Origin: Macrostomum hystrix
Taxonomy: Eukaryota; Animalia; Platyhelminthes
DNA: 64,000 nucleotides
Direction of reading: 5' to 3'
Assembly (NCBI GenBank): GCA_950097015.1
Contig: CATNEN010000037.1
Location: 4,092,001 to 4,156,000, forward strand
Shown: piece after piece, positions 1-12,437 of the stretch
Numbering within the stretch: the first letter of the stretch is position 1
How the letters are laid out: every line of letters begins with the position of its first letter
The notes under the pieces: generated by a model
What the model saw: only the letters and a program-made list of their open reading frames with translations
Database searches by the model: none
Told to the model about the DNA's origin: nothing
Position numbers and translations under genes: made by a program

Positions 1-1550
1 TCACTTGCATCACCTGAACTCACCTGCATCACCTGAACTCACTTGCATCACCTGCATCACCTGCATCACCTGCATCACATGAACTCACTTGCATCACCTG
101 CATCACCTGAACTCACTTGCATCACCTGAACTCACTTGCATCACCTGAACTCACTTGCATCACCTGAACTCACTTGCATCACCTGAACTCACTTGCATCA
201 CCTGAACTCACTTGCATCACCTGAACTCACTTGCATCACCTGAACTCACTTGCATCACCTGAACTCACTTGCATCACCTGAACTCACTTGCATCACCTGA
301 ACTCACTTGCATCACCTGCATCACCTGAACTCACCTGCATCACCTGAATTCACTTGCATCACCTGCATCACCTGCATCACCTGCATCACCTGCATCACCT
401 GCATCACCTGCATCACCTGCATCACCTGCATCACATGAACTCACTTGCATCACCTGCATCACCTGCATCACCTGCATCACCTGCATCACCTGCATCACCT
501 GCATCACCTGCATCACATGAACTCACTTGCATCACCTGCATCACCTGAACTCACTTGCATCACCTGAACTCACCTGCATCACCTGAACTCACTTGCATCA
601 CCTGCATCACCTGCATCACCTGCATCACATGAACTCACTTGCATCACCTGCATCACCTGAACTCACTTGCATCACCTGAACTCACTTGCATCACCTGAAC
701 TCACTTGCATCACCTGAACTCACTTGCATCACCTGAACTCACTTGCATCACCTGAACTCACTTGCATCACCTGAACTCACTTGCATCACCTGAACTCACT
801 TGCATCACCTGCATCACCTGAACTCACTTGCATCACCTGCATCACCTGAACTCACTTGCATCACCTGAACTCACTTGCATCACCTGAACTCACTTGCATC
901 ACCTGAACTCACTTGCATCACCTGAACTCACTTGCATCACCTGAACTCACCTGCATCACCTGAACTCATTTGCATCACCTGCATCACCTGCTTCACCTGC
1001 ATCACCTGCATCACCTGCATCACCTGAACTCACTTGCATCACCTGCATCACCTGAACTCACTTGCATCACCTGCATCACCTGAACTCACTTGCATCACCT
1101 GAACTCACTTGCATCACCTGCATCACCTGAACTCACTTGCATCACCTAAACTCACTTGCATCACCTGCATCACCTGAACTCACTTGCATCACCTGAACTC
1201 ACCAGCATCACCTGAACTCACCTGCATCACCTGAACTCACCTGCATCACCTGAACTCACCAGCATTACCTGAACTCACCTGCATCACCTGAACTCACTTG
1301 CATCACATGAACTCACTTGCATCACCTGAACTCACCAGCATCACCTGAACTCACCAGCATCACCTGAACTCACCTGCATCACCTGAACTCACTTGCATCA
1401 CCCGCATCACCTGAACTCACTTGCATCACCTGAACTCACCTGCATCACCTGCATCACCTGCATCACATGCATCACCATCATTCATCACCTGCATCACCTG
1501 CATCACCATTATTAACTGCATCACCTGCATCACCTGCATCACCTACACTG
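1..1550. repeat. Satellite of 9-10 bp subunits (TCACCTGCA / TCACCTGAA / CTCACTTGCA) with a common 19-bp higher-order unit; runs off the window start
   Basis: Directly visible tandem periodicity; ORFs 354..548 and 1421..1606 are translations of the repeat. Confidence 0.97.
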
Positions 1551-1956
1551 CATCAATTGAAAGTTTTTTCAATACCTTTAACTTCCTTTTTTTATTTTCC
1601 CCTTAGCCTTTAGTTTCAGCTTAACCTACTGGTCCAATCCTTCTACAAACCCATGCAGCAAAACGATTTTCCCAACGGCACTTGACCCAGAAGAATTTAT
1701 CCCAATTTTTGGCGCCACAAGGTGACGTCTGTGAAAGATGATTAGCAATTCCTCACTCCATTTCCTCCCTTGAAGAATTTGCGACAAGTGACGCTTCTAA
1801 CAAACCGGAAAAATAGGCAAATTGAAGCCAATTTCCCTTTTCTAAGGTAATATATGACTTACAGCATGGCAATAGAAGCTTTTTTCTGTCTAAAGTCTGT
1901 CTCGTTCAACCCTTCAATAGCACTTTAAGCTGATCCAATAAATGTGCGGCAACACA

Positions 1957-2087
1957 TTATACAGGTGAAATATGATTGAAGCGAATATTACTAATAGGTA
2001 AAAATCTTACTGCACACGTTATAGGATAGGCCGCGTGTGAATGGTCGCACACCTCTAGTTCAGACTGAAGGGCACAGTCCAGACAGT

Positions 2088-2120
<33 letters not shown>

Positions 2121-2800
2121 TTCTTTGAGGCATTAGAGAGTGAAGCGAGGTCTGCTGTAAATGGTTAATCGACATTGTGCTCATTCATGATGTAATCATG
2201 ATATAAAAATTATTTAACCATGAACCAGAATCCTGATGTTAACCCACACCTTAGTCCCTTCAATCTGTACCTGGGCTGTTTCCCCACACCTTGGTCCCTT
2301 CAGTCTGTATCTGGGCTGTTTCCCCACACCTCTGTCCCTTTAATCTGTATCTGTCTTGCCATCTGAAAGCTCACGGTGAGTGCTCTGTCGTCAGTTCTCG
2401 GGTTCTGGTGTCCAATAGATTGGTCCCCAGAGCGCTCGGATTCCTCCCATTGTTTCAGACGCTTGCGCAGACGGTTGCTATGGGTGGGATAAAACAATGG
2501 TGGTTTTAATAAAAACATATCCCTGCAATTCAGAGCAAAACAACAACTCACCGGCATCTAATGGCGGCAGCAGTTGAGCACATGGCCAAGATGAGACCGG
2601 CGCACACCAATAGCTGCGTGCGCTGCCTGCTTCGAGACTGCGACCCGGTTTCGTCGGCCATTGTGGTTGGCTCGCTTGAAACTGTCGGATCGTTTGGCGC
2701 GCTCTGATTGGCTGAGAGGGTGTACAAAAGGTTGTACTGATACTACTTCTTCTACCGAGTAGTAGCTCAGACAAATGCTGCTTTCCATCTGGCGCAACTG

Positions 2801-2891
<91 letters not shown>

Positions 2892-3300
2892 TACTACAGC
2901 AACTACTACTACTACTAATACTACTAACACCCAGAGTCCTACAAGCAATGGTTCCATTGATTTCGGCATTGTCGCTGCTACAACTCAGTGTCGCACTCAG
3001 CGTCAGCTGGAGGCAGAAGCTCAGGCTGCCGGCCTGACTAAGCCGCAGAGTCGAGATGGGAATGTCGTCAACATTGGCAGCGGTGACTGACAGTCGCATT
3101 GTGCAGTCGCCAGTGGCTGCGGCAACAGCGGCACGAGCCAGTTCGGGCTCCAGCAGCCGCCTGAGCTTGGCCAGTCGGCGATGGCTCAGCCGAACATCAG
3201 GCTGATCTGCCGCTGAAGCTGCTGCTGAGCTCCAAGATGGCTGACAACTTAGCAACAGCAGCAGCAGCGTTAGCTGGGGACAAACTGAGGTGAATGGCAT
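1957..3300 (-). CDS. Putative single-pass type I membrane protein (signal peptide, Cys-containing ectodomain, TM helix, basic tail); exons 3300-2929, 2736-2552, 2477-2375, 2154-1957 (3' end uncertain)
   Basis: All junctions are GT-AG with matching phases (0,2,0). N-terminus MPFTSVCPQLTLLLLLLSCQPSWSS is signal-peptide-like; LLVCAGLILAMCSTAAAI followed by RCRNRLRKR looks like a TM helix plus stop-transfer. No family recognised. Confidence 0.55.
2805..2927. repeat. (TAC)n/(AGT)n microsatellite inside intron 1 of the membrane-protein gene
   Basis: Visible trinucleotide run; explains the poly-Ser/poly-Val ORFs. Confidence 0.95.
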
Positions 3301-4039
3301 TTCTTCCAACAGGCCGGTCTTGCAAGGGACTGCGAAAGTCTTTTCTTCTACCCATTTTGCCAAAATCCTCTCCTCTCTGTGCAACTCCTATTGGCTTTGG
3401 CCTGACTATTACAAATTGTTCAAAGACCTTCCAATAAACTTCAGCAATGCATCAGTTGAAAATGTACCTCGTACTAACTTAGGTACACCAAGTCCTTCAA
3501 TTGCTCGCGGTCATCGGACATCGGATTTTAGATGCAGTTTTCATTTTTCATATAATTAATACTACTCGTAGAACAGCTCGAACTAAATGGCAAAGGAGAA
3601 CTATGTGCTCAAATTTTGCCTCTCCGTCGAGACTGCATGCAACCTTAGCAAGGCGAACTCAATGGATCAATGCTGTCACAAGCCAGCCTGACACAGATCC
3701 AAGCATCGATCATGAGGGGAATCGATTGGGAAAAGGGAGGTTGGAAATCCCAGCCAGCAGGAATGGGGTCAATATTAGCATGGGGATTTTCGAGTGTTAA
3801 TCTAATATAGATAGGAAATCCAGTATCCCACATTTCAGCTAGCATTTTTCTTTGCACTTGAGCACTGCGATGTCCGAGGTGCGAAGTATCAGAGCACGTC
3901 GGGGTGCTCAAATAGCAGGTGTTGTACTATTCTAGGAATCGAAGTAGTTCTGTTTTAAGAACTGCAGCAGGGTGTCCTACAGGAATCGCAGAGGGCTCTT
4001 TCTATGAATAGTAGCATATCTATGATTCTATGGTAGGAA

Positions 4040-4420
4040 TCGAAGCCGGGTCGGTTTTAAAAATCTCAAAATTGTCTGCGCCTGGAACCAAAGTACGGTA
4101 TTTCCAGGAATCGCAGCAGGGTCTGTTCCAGGAATCGCAGCAGAGTCTGTTTTAGAAATCGCAGCAGGGTCTGTTTCAGGAATCGCAGCAGGGTCTGTTT
4201 CAGGAATCGCAGCAGGGTCTGTTCCAGAAATCACAGCAGGGTCTTTTCCAGGAATCGCAGCACGGTCTGTTTCAAGAATCGCAGCAGGGCCTGTTTCAGG
4301 AATCGCAGCAGTCTTTTCCAGGAATCGCAGCAGTCTTTTCCAGGAATCGCAGCAGAGTCTGTTCCAGGAATCGCAGCAGGGTCCCTAACAGAAATCGCAG
4401 GAAGAACTAGAAGTGCAGGA
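4040..4420. repeat. Degenerate 24-bp minisatellite (GGAATCGCAGCAGGGTCTGTTCCA)
   Basis: Tandem copies visible. Confidence 0.9.
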
Positions 4421-4949
4421 ATCGTAGCACGAAGTAATCGAATTCAAATACAAGAAGGAATCGCAGCAGGAGTTTCATGTTTCAAACCGTGAAAATTTTT
4501 ATCTGTACCTAAATATGAAAATCATTCCGAGTTCAAGACTAGCATACACAGTTCGCATTTTTTTGTGGCAAGCAAAGCGACAAGTTCAATGGTCGCTTTT
4601 GTATGCATTTTTGTATATTAAAATTTGCGACAATAATTTTGTCAAAATAATCTGATATTCGATGTTTAAAATGGTAAATAAGCGACAATACGAATAGCTG
4701 ATTGATGACCTGCCAAAGAGGTGTCAACTAATGCGGTGCAAACCTATTGTCTAAAAACTGACAATATTATGCAATAGGCAATGAAACGCGCTAATAAAGA
4801 CTAGCAACAAAGAAATAAAGATTATCTGAGAGCAAATCATTATTCTAAAATATACTAAAAAATAATACAAACTTGACTGCCACAAGCTCTATCTCCACGT
4901 CAGTGAAAGTGCCGAGCATCAAAAGCTCAGAATGGGTCAGGTGAAGGCA

Positions 4950-5190
4950 AACTGACAGGTAGACAGACTGACAAGTTGACAGACTGACAGGTAGACAGAC
5001 TGACAGGTAGACAGACTGACAGGTAGACAGACTGACAAGTTGACAGACTGACAGGTAGACAGACTGACAGGTAGACAGACTGACAGGTAGACAGACTGAC
5101 AAGTTGACAGACTGACAGGTAGACAGACTGACAGGTAGACAGACTCACAGGTAGACAGACTGACAGATTGACAGACTGACAGGTAGACAG
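4950..5190. repeat. 16-bp minisatellite (GACAGGTAGACAGACT)
   Basis: Tandem copies visible. Confidence 0.93.
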
Positions 5191-5595
5191 ATAGTCACGG
5201 TAGTGCCTTCACCTGACCCAGAATTAAAGTAAAACAAAGTGTAAGCACTCGTTGTAAACTATATAACTAATTGACGAAGAGAAGTAAAAATTAATCAGAG
5301 ACAACATCGACGATTGCGCCATGACGACAGTAAATCTGTCTATTCGCAAACATCGTATAGTGCAAGGCACCAAGAAAAATACGGTGACAAATCGAGCACA
5401 GAGCTGCGCAAAGTCCAGAAATTAATAAATCGACAGTCAATAAATTGCATGACTAGAAACGCCAGAGGACTAGAGTTCACAGAAAAAAGTTTGAGATTTG
5501 AACTTTAAAGGCAGAACTTTTGCAAAGAAGGCAGAATAATTTTTGCGTGGTCAAGACGAATATATTTTAGTCTGCTAATTTTCTCTTTGCAATCA

Positions 5596-8500
5596 TCAGT
5601 CCTCCTTTTCTTGAGGCAGCACCAGAAGAAACTTCTGCAGCGATTTTGTGACCTCGTCTGTCAATGGGGTGTAGGTAATTGACAATAATAATCTTTATGA
5701 CAATCCTGTAATTAAACCAACGTGGCGATCACCTGTGTGGGACTGGGTGTCTGAGGATCATCTGTGAAGGACTGGGTGTCTGAGGATCAACTGTGAGGTA
5801 CTGGGTGTCTGAGGATCAACTGTGAGGGACTGAGTGTCTGAGGATCAACTGTGAGGGACTGGGTGTCTGAGGATCAACTGTGAGGTACTGGGTGTCTGAG
5901 GATCAACTGTGAGGTACTGGGTGTCTGAGGATCAACTGTGAGGGACTGAGTGTCTGAGGATCAACTGTGAGGGACTGGGTGTCTGAGGATCAACTGTGAG
6001 GGACTGGGTGTCTGAGGATCAACTGTGAGGGACTGAGTGTCTGAGGATCAACTGTGAGGGACTGGGTGTCTGAGGATCAGCTGTGAGGGACTGAGTGTCT
6101 GAGGATCAACTGTGAGGGACTGGGTGTCTGAGGATCAACTGTAAGGGGCTGAGTGTCTGAGGATCAGCTGTGAGGGACTGGGTGTCTGAGGATCAGCTGT
6201 GAGGGACTGAGTGTCTGAGGATCAACTGTGAAGGACTGGGTGTCTGAGGATCAGCTGTGAGGGACTGAGTGTCTGAGGATCAACTGTGAGGGACTGGGTG
6301 TCTGAGGATCAGCTGTGAGGGACTGAGTGTCTGAGGATCAACTGTGAGGGACTGGGTGTCTGAGGATCAGCTGTGAGGGACTGAGTGTCTGAGGATCAAC
6401 TGTGAGGGACTGGGTGTCTGAGGATCAGCTGTGAGGGACTGGGTGTCTGAGGATCATCTGTGAAGGACTGGGTGTCTGAGGATCAGCTGTGAGGGACTGG
6501 GTGTCTGAGGATCATCTGTGAAGGACTGAGTGTCTGAGGATCAACTGTGAGTGAGTGTGATCCAATTTGAGGATCAGGATCAAGCCCTGTCTCACCCATT
6601 GCGGTGCTGAGCGGGCAGTGAGGTCGGGAGCGGCACAGGAGGGCCAGGCAGAAGAGCGGCACGCCGCTAAGCATGATGAGCAGGGACATGACACTCTCGG
6701 CCGGCGATTTAACCAGGGTGAACACGCAGATGCCGGCAGTGATAACGAACATTGCTACCGGAATCGCCAGTGGCAGCTGCGGCAGCGGTGGAAGGAACAA
6801 TTCTCATTCAATGCGGAGCGATACAGCCTCTCATTAGAAAGGTTAGTACATATACTTATTTATCAATATATTTTATTTACGAATATTAACTAGTGTTACT
6901 AAAAATTCATTTTGGGTGAGTCGTGCGTGACTAACTAAATATAGTGCATGGGTCGAGTTGTAAGTGGCCCAAAAGTACTTTCTATAACGAAAGCCAGTAC
7001 TCAGGGACTGATAAAATCTTGCTGACGGAGTTACTTGGGTTTGAGTTTCTCAGCATCTTTAGGTCTCGTGAGCTGATCCCTCATCATGAATTATAGTATG
7101 ATTATGAGCATGTGAGAATCATGTGTGAAAATGTGAGTGTGATCCACAATATCCCAACAGCACACAGGGATGATAATTAGAGTGTGATCCACAATATCCC
7201 AACAGCACACAGGGATGATAATTAGAGTGTGATCCAGAATATCCCAACAGCACACAGGGATGATAATTAGAGTGTGATCCAGAATATCCCAACAGCACAC
7301 AGGGATGATAATTAGAGTGTGATCCACAATATCCCAACAGCACACAGGGATGATAATTAGAGTGTGATCCACAATATCCCAACAGCATATAGGGATGATA
7401 ATGTTATTAGTGTCCTGGGGTATTACTGAAGCGGTCACAGTTCCAGGCTGCATTGTGACTCAATTCTATGAGTCAAAACGTGAGATCTATTTGAGAACAT
7501 ACGATGAGACAAACTGGGAGATTTCTTGGGAACAGTCGATGAGACAAACTTGGAGATTTCTTGGGAACAGTCGATGATACAAACTTGGAGATTTCTTGGA
7601 AACAGTCGATGAGACAAACTGGGAGATTTCTTGGAAACAGTCGATGAGACAAACTTGGAGATTTCTTAGAAACAGTCGATGAGACAAACTGGGAGATTTC
7701 TTGGTAACAGTCGATGAGACAAACTTGGAGATTTCTTGGAAACAGTCGATGAGACAAACTGGGAGATTTCTTGGAAACAGTCGATGAGACAAACTTGGAG
7801 ATTTCTTGGAAACAGTCGATGATACAAACTTGGAGATTTCTTGGAAACGGTCGATGAGACAAACTTGGAGATTTCTTGGAAACAGTCGATGAGACAAACT
7901 TGGAGATTTCTTGGAAACAGTCGATGAGACAAACTTGGAGATTTCTTGGAAACAGTCGATGAGACAAACTGGGAGATTTCTTGGAAACAGTCGATGAGAC
8001 AAACTTGGAGATTTCTTGGAAACAGTCGATGAGACAAACTTGGAGATTTCTTGGAAACAGTCGATGAGACAAACTTGGAGATTTCTTGGGAACAGTCGAT
8101 GAGACAAACTTGGAGATTTCTTGGAAACAGTCGATGAGACAAACTTGGAGATTTCTTGGGAACAGTCGATGAGACACACTGGGGGATTTCTTGGGAACAG
8201 TCGATGAGACAAACTTGGAGATTTCTTGGAAACAGTCGATGAGACAAACAGGCAGATTTCAAGAAGCATCGCTCACCCGAAACGGTCGATGCAGCTGCGG
8301 TTGTCGGGCACGCAGAACCAGCAGGCAGCCGAGAGCAGCCAGAATGATGGCCATGCAGGAGAAGCCAGTCAGTTCGATCAGGTAATCCAGCTTGTTTGTA
8401 AACACCTGCTGGTACACAACGCTGCAGACGCACTGAGTGTGAGCCACAGGTGGATGCGTTGAATGCATGAGTTTCCGGTCTAATCAGGAACAAAATGTCC

Positions 8501-11500
8501 ATAAATTATCCATATTTTCTGTTTCTTGTAACGTTTATTCTCACAACCATTTTTCTAATGTCATTCTCTTATTCTCCAAAATCTAACGCAATTCTCTTGG
8601 ATCGCAAAATCATTTTCTCAGTTACCGAAATCACCTTCCTAGATCTCGAAATAAATCTAAAAAATCTCAAAACAATTATCGTAGATCTTAAAATCACTCC
8701 ACTTGTTCTCAAGATACTGCTAATATATATCAAAATCTATCTACTAGATCTCAAAGTCATTCTACTAGATCTCAAGGTCATTCTACTAGATCTCAAAGTC
8801 ATTCTACTTGATCTCAAAGTCATTCTACTCAATCTCAAAGTCATTCTACTTGATCTCAAAATCATTATATTCGACTTCAAAACCATTTTACTGGATCTCA
8901 GAATCCACCTATACGAAATCTCAAATTCATTCTCCTAGATGTTAAAATCATTCTCCTTGACCACAAAATCATTTTGCTAGATATCAAAATTATTATTCTT
9001 GGACTCAAAATCATTTTACGAGATATCAAAATCATTCTTCTTGGACTGAAAATCATATTAATATACGTTAAACATATTTTAAAAAATCATTAAATCAATT
9101 AAAAGATATAAAAAATAATTTTGATAGATTTCAAAATCATTCTACTAGATCTCAAGACTGTTTTTCTGAATCTCTAAATACATTCATCCAGATCTGAAAG
9201 TCATTCGCCCAGATGTTAAAATCATTCTCCATGGTCTCAAAATCATTCTCTCAACCGCGCGGCAGCTCACCATGGCCAGGACGGCAGGCACTGGAGTAAG
9301 GCGGGTGCCCTGCACCATGCCCAGAACGGAGGGAAAGTGGCCCTCGTTGGCCGCAGTAAATGCCACCCTTGACATGCCGAGAATCTCGCCATTCAGGCTG
9401 CCAAAAATCGACATGGCAACCAGCAACGGCATGGCGAACGCAAAGGCGCCCATCGAACGCTCGGCGAATGTTACGGCTACGGCGTGCGAAGCCACTAGGC
9501 GATCTGGCGACAGCACAGCGAGGTAGGCCACGTTGACGGTGATGTAGATAATAGTGATTAGAGACAGGGAGAGCGTTATGGCCAGTGGGAGACTGCGCGA
9601 CGGACGCTTCATCTCCTCGGTGAGGAAGTTCAGGCAGTTCCTTGGGAGAATGGAACATAAAAGAATAGAAAAAAAACACAACACAATAGAATAGAATAGA
9701 ATAGAATGGTATAGAATAGAATATAACAGAACAGAGAAGAACAGAACAGAATAGAACAGAGCAGAATAGAATATAATAGAATAGAATAGAATAGAATAGA
9801 ATAGAACAGAGTTGAATAGAATAGAATAGAACAGAGTTGAATAGAATAGAACAGAGTTGAATAGAATAGAACAGAGTTGAATAGAATAGAATAGAACAGA
9901 ATAGAATAGAACAGAGTTGAATAGAATAGAACAGAGTTGAATAGAATAGAATAGAACAGAATAGAATAGAACAGAGTTGAATAGAATAGAACATATTTGA
10001 ATAGAATAGAACAGATTTGAATAGAATAGAACAGATTTGAATAGAATAGAACAGATTTGAATAGAATAGAACAGAGTTGAATAGAATAGAACAGAATAGA
10101 ATAGAATAGAACAGAGTAGAATGGAATAGAACAGAATAGAATAGAACAGAGTAGAAAAGGACAGAGCAAAATAGAATACAATAGAACAGAGTAGAATAGA
10201 AAAGAACAGAGTTGAATAGAAAAGAACAGAGTTGAATAGAATAGAACAGAGTTGAATAGAATAGAACAGAATAGAATAGAATAGAACAGAGTAGAATGGA
10301 ATAGAACAGAATAGAATAGAACAGAGTAGAAAAGGACAGAGCAAAATAGAATACAATAGAACAGAGTAGAATAGAATAGAACAGAGTTGAATAGAATAGA
10401 ACAGAGTTGAATAGAATAGAACAGAATAGAATAGAATAGAACAGAGTAGAATGGAATAGAACAGAATAGAATAGAACAGAGTAGAAAAGGACAGAGCAAA
10501 ATAGAATACAATAGAACAGAGTAGAATAGAATATAATAGAACAGAGTAGAATAGAAAAGAACAGATAGAACAGAACAGAGTAGAATAGAAAAGAACAGAT
10601 AGAACAGAACAGAGTAGAATAGAAATGAACAGATAGAACAGAACAGAGTAGAGTAGAAGAGCCTCACCAACCGCTGTAGGCCCAGAAGCCTTGGTAGAAC
10701 GCTGACACAAACCCGGCGGTGTAGTCGCTGCCCTCGAAGGAGTTGTCGAAGTTCTCAGTGTTGCCCCGGCCCAGCCAGTACATGCCGACGCCAGTGATTA
10801 CCAGCAGGGCGCACACCTTGGATACGGACATCACCACGGCCAGTTTAGTTGCCCATTTCACCTTCAGGCAGTTGACACAGCATAGCAGAGCTGCTCAATG
10901 GGATTTGATGGAGGATTGAACAGCGGTCAACTCCCATATGCCCACCTTCTATGTAACTGAAGTGATTGAATAGAAACATGATGCATGAACAGTAGAAAGG
11001 CAACGCGGGAATTTCAAATACCCACATTTTTCTGTTTTCTCAAACTCCTAAAATATTCAACCAATCGTCATTAAAATCCAGATCACAGGCTAAAATTTTC
11101 CGCTCTATCAGATGAAACAACTTCCAGAATCACAAAATCGCTGAACATCCCGACGATGCTGGCGTCGGACGGCTTTGAATGTTAGTTAATCGTAAAAGAT
11201 CGGAAAATGCCGATCTAAATAGTGGACTTTCACAAAAATTGGTCATTCGGTTTGGCAGCCATCGTGGGCAGTGGCAGTGGGCATTTGAAATACCCCGTGG
11301 TTTTTCCCCAGGAGGAAAGATCGATAATACTTTCTATTAAAATTAACTAACTATAGCATTTTTTCACAAAGTAGCCGTTTCCGTTTTTCAGCTTTGACAT
11401 TGTCATAGTTTTTCGACTTTGTGTCATCAGGTTGTATGCTTTGACTTCTACTGTTCTGGACTACCACTACTGCACTATACCAGCTCTCTACCGGCTGCCA

Positions 11501-12373
11501 AGCTGGCCAATCACGACAGTCTAGACACTCACATACGGCCAGGAAGGCGGTCAGGCGGGTCAGGTACTCTGGTACAGGACAGCCCGGATAGAGCGGGGTC
11601 AGGCAGTATTTGGCGAACATCAGCGAGTTGGCAGCCATGGTGACGCAGCCAGTGACAATGAAGGCGATCCACAGCACTAGGAAGGCGGGCAGCGGGCCGA
11701 ACACCTGTAACACATAGATGTACTCGCCGCCAGACCTGGTGTTCATAAATTATGAGCAAAATATCGTTAGAAGTTGTGACATTGTGACGTTTTTATTATT
11801 TTATTTTTCTATTTACGCTGATTGGATGAGTGTTTGAGTGCGTGTGCTCTGCGCCGTGTGCATTTGTGTCTGTGCACCGTTGGCTCGGGATTGTGGCAGT
11901 CTGGCCCAACCGGCCAATTTCTATAGCCTTAGTGTCTGAATTCTCTACAATAAACGAGTTCTTTATAAAAAGCTAGTGAGCCACAAGCCTTAGCTTCAGT
12001 ATATTACAAAAGGGATTATGAAACACGTTACTTTTTATATCGGTAAAGTTTGTTAAAAAATACAGGTCAACGTTTTTCAGAACGATAATTTATTATAATA
12101 ATAGATTCTTGACTCCCAGACTCCCTGACCTGGGGATGGTAGTGCCCAGCTCCGCATAGCAGAGAGCGCCGAATCCGCTGTACACTCCGGCCAGCGTCCA
12201 CATGACGAAGCTGAAGCCCACACTGCCGGACTCCTGCAGGATGCCCTTGGGTGATACGAAGATGCCGGAGCCGATAACGAAGCCGATGATGATGGCCATG
12301 CCCTGGACTACGCCAATCTCCTTGCGCAGTTCGATTCGAAGAGGTAAAGGCTTCTCAGCCGAAGCGGGACCGC

Positions 12374-12405
<32 letters not shown>

Positions 12406-12437
12406 ATATTGTCTTTGTTTGCTATGTGGCTGCTCAT
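5596..12437 (-). CDS. SLC7 family L-type/heteromeric amino acid transporter light chain (LAT/y+LAT-like), 7 exons: 12437-12130, 11735-11533, 10890-10668, 9640-9271, 8432-8277, 6776-6596, 5657-5596; 500 aa
   Basis: Motifs [60 protein letters not shown] and C-terminal QKFLLVLP. All splice sites are GT-AG with consistent phases; exon lengths sum to 1503 nt. The exact vertebrate paralog cannot be assigned. Confidence 0.93.
5740..6550. repeat. 29-bp intronic minisatellite (GGGACTGGGTGTCTGAGGATCAACTGTGA), SLC7 intron 6
   Basis: Tandem copies visible. Confidence 0.95.
7135..7400. repeat. 45-bp intronic minisatellite, SLC7 intron 5
   Basis: GATCC recurs at a 45-bp period. Confidence 0.92.
7500..8250. 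repeat. 35-bp intronic minisatellite (GAGACAAACTTGGAGATTTCTTGGAAACAGTCGAT), SLC7 intron 5
   Basis: Tandem copies visible; source of the long spurious ORFs 7473-8502. Confidence 0.95.
8740..9250. repeat. Degenerate 21-bp minisatellite (TCTACTAGATCTCAAAGTCAT), SLC7 intron 4
   Basis: Clean copies at 8740-8860, diverged copies on both sides. Confidence 0.8.
9650..10655. repeat. (AATAG/AACAG)n pentanucleotide satellite filling SLC7 intron 3
   Basis: Visible; makes the artefactual 508-aa ORF that fuses to real exon 4. Confidence 0.96.
10989..11325. mobile_element. Interspersed non-autonomous element with 19-bp subterminal inverted repeats and a 3' hairpin (Helentron/HINE-like or MITE), SLC7 intron 2
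   Basis: GGGAATTTCAAATACCCAC (11007-11025) vs GTGGGCATTTGAAATACCC (11277-11295); a homologous copy lies at about 41424-41868. Confidence 0.5.

Noticed and set aside
2552-2797. Insulin A-chain-like GHVLNCCRH preceded by dibasic sites in ORF 2558..2797
   Set aside because: It is stopped before the third Cys and has no proper B chain. The adjacent frame encodes a TM helix and splices in phase with canonical sites, which explains the sequence better.
5740-6550. CRISPR-like regular 29-35-bp repeats here and elsewhere
   Set aside because: Units are contiguous without unique spacers, there are no cas genes, and the context is eukaryotic introns.
7473-10710. Long ORFs of 234-508 aa
   Set aside because: Translations of intronic 35-bp and 5-bp repeats; only the SLC7 exon parts are real.
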